64,000 bases of DNA from an uncultured Acidobacteriota bacterium (GTDB lineage: Bacteria; Acidobacteriota; Vicinamibacteria; Vicinamibacterales; 2-12-FULL-66-21): NCBI GenBank assembly GCA_963786195.1, contig CAWAYH010000009.1, positions 457,011-521,010 on the forward strand, read 5' to 3'. This document shows positions 61,861-64,000 of the stretch, in pieces. A model generated the notes under the pieces. It worked only from the letters and a program-made list of their open reading frames with translations, was not told the origin of the DNA and ran no database searches. How positions within the stretch are numbered: position 1 is the stretch's first letter; each line of letters starts with the position of its first letter. Made by a program: the position numbers and the translations under genes.

Positions 61861-62191
61861 CGTAGTACTGACGCGTGCCGCGGTCGGGAACGACCTCGAT
61901 CACGACCACGGCGTCGGCCCGATGCAGAGGGCCGTCGCAGATAGCGACGTCAGGACCGTGTCAAAGCGAACGCTGAGCGAGGCAGCGCGCACCGTCGTGG
62001 TCTGCCGGGTGCGAGGACAATCGCAGGTCCACAGGCGTCGCTGCGGGGTTCCCCCACTCGCCGCCATCGCGATCCCAGACCGAGGAAAGGGACCAAGGCG
62101 CATCGCCGAACTCCCAAACGGCCTCAGTCCCACGTTCGAGAGTCTCCGTGTTTAGGGGGTTGGCACCTTTTCGGCAGGTGGGAGTTCACGT

Positions 62192-64000
62192 CTACTCGTC
62201 TCGCAGCGCCACCATCGGATCCAGACGCGCGGCGCGGAGGGCGGGGACGCCGCAGGCGACGAGCGGCGATGACGAGGAAGCACGGCAGCCATCGACGACG
62301 AAGGTGCGGGATCGGTCGGCTCGACACCGACGAGCATGGTTCGCATGACGCCCGTCAGCGCGAACGCGGCGAGCAGACCGCCGCCGCAATGCCCGCGGCG
62401 CTCAGCCAGAGGCCCTGCCCGACCATCATGCGGAAGATGCGCCGGTGCTCGGCGCCGAACGCCATGCGCACGCCGATCTCCGCGTGTCCGCTGCCGCACC
62501 GACGGTCGACAGCACGCTGTAGAGACCGACAGCCGCGAGCACCAGCGCGATGGCGGCGAAAATCGCGATCAGGACGAGCGCGAACTTCGTCTGCGCCTGC
62601 GCGCGCCCGATGAACGTCGTCATCGGCTGGACTTCGATGACGCCGGCGCGCGGGTTCAGCTCGGCCACGGCCGCCTTGACCGGTCGATGCGAGTCGCGAG
62701 CGGATCGCCGCTCGTCCGCACTGCCCAGCGATTGGCCGCGCCGAAGCCCCATGTACGCATCGGGGACGAAGATCGCTTCGCGACCGTCACGCGCGAGCGA
62801 TCGCGTGCCGCTGATGGTCGACGACGCCGATGACCTGGAAACGCTCCGGCTCCGGCGTGCGCAGGCGCGCGAGGAGGGTACGGCCGACGGCCGACTGTCC
62901 GGGGAAGGCCTTCGACGCGAGCACGCGATCGATGACGATCGACCGCGACGTCGGGCGTTGTCGGCGTCCGTGAACGTCCGCCCTTCGATCGACCCGTCGT
63001 TCGCATGGCTTCGAAGTAACCAGGCAGGACGGAGTGCGCCGTCGCCTGCTGAAACTTCGACGGATCCGCTCAGCGCCTCTTCGGTCCCCCATCGCGCGAG
63101 GCCCTCGCGCGCCTCGAGCGGGAAGGGGCTCGCCGCGGTCACCGCCTGCACGCCCGGCATGCCGCGAGCCGCGGCGGAGATCGCGCACGAACGCCTGACG
63201 CGCCTGTCGGATCCGGCAGTCGCAGATTCGGGATCAGGAACGTCAGGACGCCGTTGGGATCGTAGCCGGGCTGCGCGCGCTGCAGCGCGATGAAGCTGCG
63301 GATCATCAGTCCAGAACCGACGAGCAGCACGAACGACAGCGCGACCTCCGCCACGACGACCGGTTGCGCAACCAGTTGCCTGACGACAGCCCGCTCGTGC
63401 GCCCGGCGCGCCTGAGCAGATCCATGACGTCGGGACGCGATGCGCGCAGCGCCGGAACCAGCCCGAAGACGATCGCCGACACGACGGCCGGCAGCCGCGG
63501 CAAACGTCAGCACGCGCGGATCGATCGCCACGCGCTCGAGGCGCGGCAGATTCGCCGGCCCGAGCGCCAGTCAGCAGCCGGATCCCGAGCCATGCCAGCC
63601 CGATGCCGGCAATTGCCGCGAGCCCCGACAAGCACCAGGCTCTCGGCGAGCATCTGCCGCACGAGACGCGCACGGCTGCTGCCGAGCGCGGCGCGAACCG
63701 CCAGCTCGCGCTCGCGCGACGCCGCACGCACGAGCAGCAGGTTCGCCACGTTCGCGCACGCGATCAGCAGCACGAACGACACGGCACCCATGAGCGCGAG
63801 GATCGCCGGTCGTACGTCGGCGACGAGATCCGTGTGCATCGGCTCGATGCGGAAGTACACGCCCGCGGTCTGCTTGATGGGGAATTGCGATCGCAGATCC
63901 GCGGCAAGCGCGTCGACGTCTGCTGCTGCGCCTCGCCCGACCGCGACACGCCGTCCTTCAGGCGGCCGATGACGCGCAGGAACACGTTGATGCGGGAGCC
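62192..64000 (-). CDS. ADOP-family FtsX permease, 3' portion (N-terminus beyond window end); multiple frameshifts
   Basis: ..[58 protein letters not shown] (FtsX); ..[33 protein letters not shown] (MacB periplasmic domain); ..[28 protein letters not shown]..; ends ..[14 protein letters not shown]. Pieces sit in three frames. Confidence 0.6.

Noticed and set aside
61500-62191. Minus-strand riboswitch that would directly control the B12-radical-SAM genes
   Set aside because: The reverse complement of the gap shows none of the cobalamin-element boxes in order. The conserved blocks are only found reading the plus strand.
1-64000. Programmed ribosomal frameshifting as explanation for split genes
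   Set aside because: Dozens of shifts, in both directions, in unrelated genes and without slippery heptamers. Indel error or pseudogenisation is far more plausible.
1-64000. Mobile elements, prophage, CRISPR, tRNA/rRNA
   Set aside because: No transposase/integrase/recombinase-like translation, no terminal inverted repeats flanking a gene, no direct-repeat/spacer periodicity and no tRNA-like cloverleaf candidates were seen in any intergenic region.

Overview
High-GC bacterial chromosomal segment of 64 kb, roughly two-thirds G+C by eye, densely coding on both strands. No rRNA, tRNA, CRISPR array, transposase or integrase was recognised. Gene content suggests an Acidobacteria-like organism (inference): four paralogous ADOP/MacB-type FtsX permeases, a VWFA-related protein, and many glycosyltransferases.

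Layout of the window:
- 1-15.7 kb: an exopolysaccharide/O-antigen-type locus on the minus strand. It holds GT2 and GT4 glycosyltransferases, FkbM and class-I methyltransferases, a Wzy/O-antigen-ligase-like polymerase, a Wza-like exporter, an outer-membrane beta-barrel, a degenerate sigma-54 activator and an MsbA-like ABC exporter.
- 15.7-19.9 kb: a further GT4, a fused 2-oxoacid dehydrogenase E1 alpha/beta and a thioredoxin.
- 20-25.8 kb: ADOP permeases.
- 25.9-29.2 kb: an E. coli-type frdABCD fumarate reductase operon.
- 29.2-51.5 kb: a secreted GH44-like hydrolase, a flotillin, a sigma-54 regulator, an ADOP permease, a GT87-like protein, an M1 aminopeptidase, an asparaginase-like protein, an aminotransferase, pntAB-pntB transhydrogenase, two GT-C membrane glycosyltransferases, a VWA protein, a DUF3014 protein and a TMEM175-like channel.
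- 51.5-61.5 kb: the most interesting stretch. Ten co-directional minus-strand genes, in order 61.5 to 51.5 kb: two tandem B12-binding radical SAM genes, a CelD/FemAB-like acyltransferase, a GNAT-like acyltransferase, a GH3-family amido synthetase, a hypothetical protein, an NTF2-like protein, a membrane fatty-acid desaturase and a Rieske protein. This is not a cluster I can assign to a described pathway.
- 61.5-62.2 kb: a ~700-bp non-coding gap containing a cobalamin-riboswitch-like element on the opposite strand.

A striking technical observation runs through the window. Whole blocks of genes are riddled with 1-nt frameshifts while neighbouring blocks are perfectly intact. This pattern is compatible with regional assembly or consensus error, or with real pseudogenisation. 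It needs read-level checking before any functional claim.
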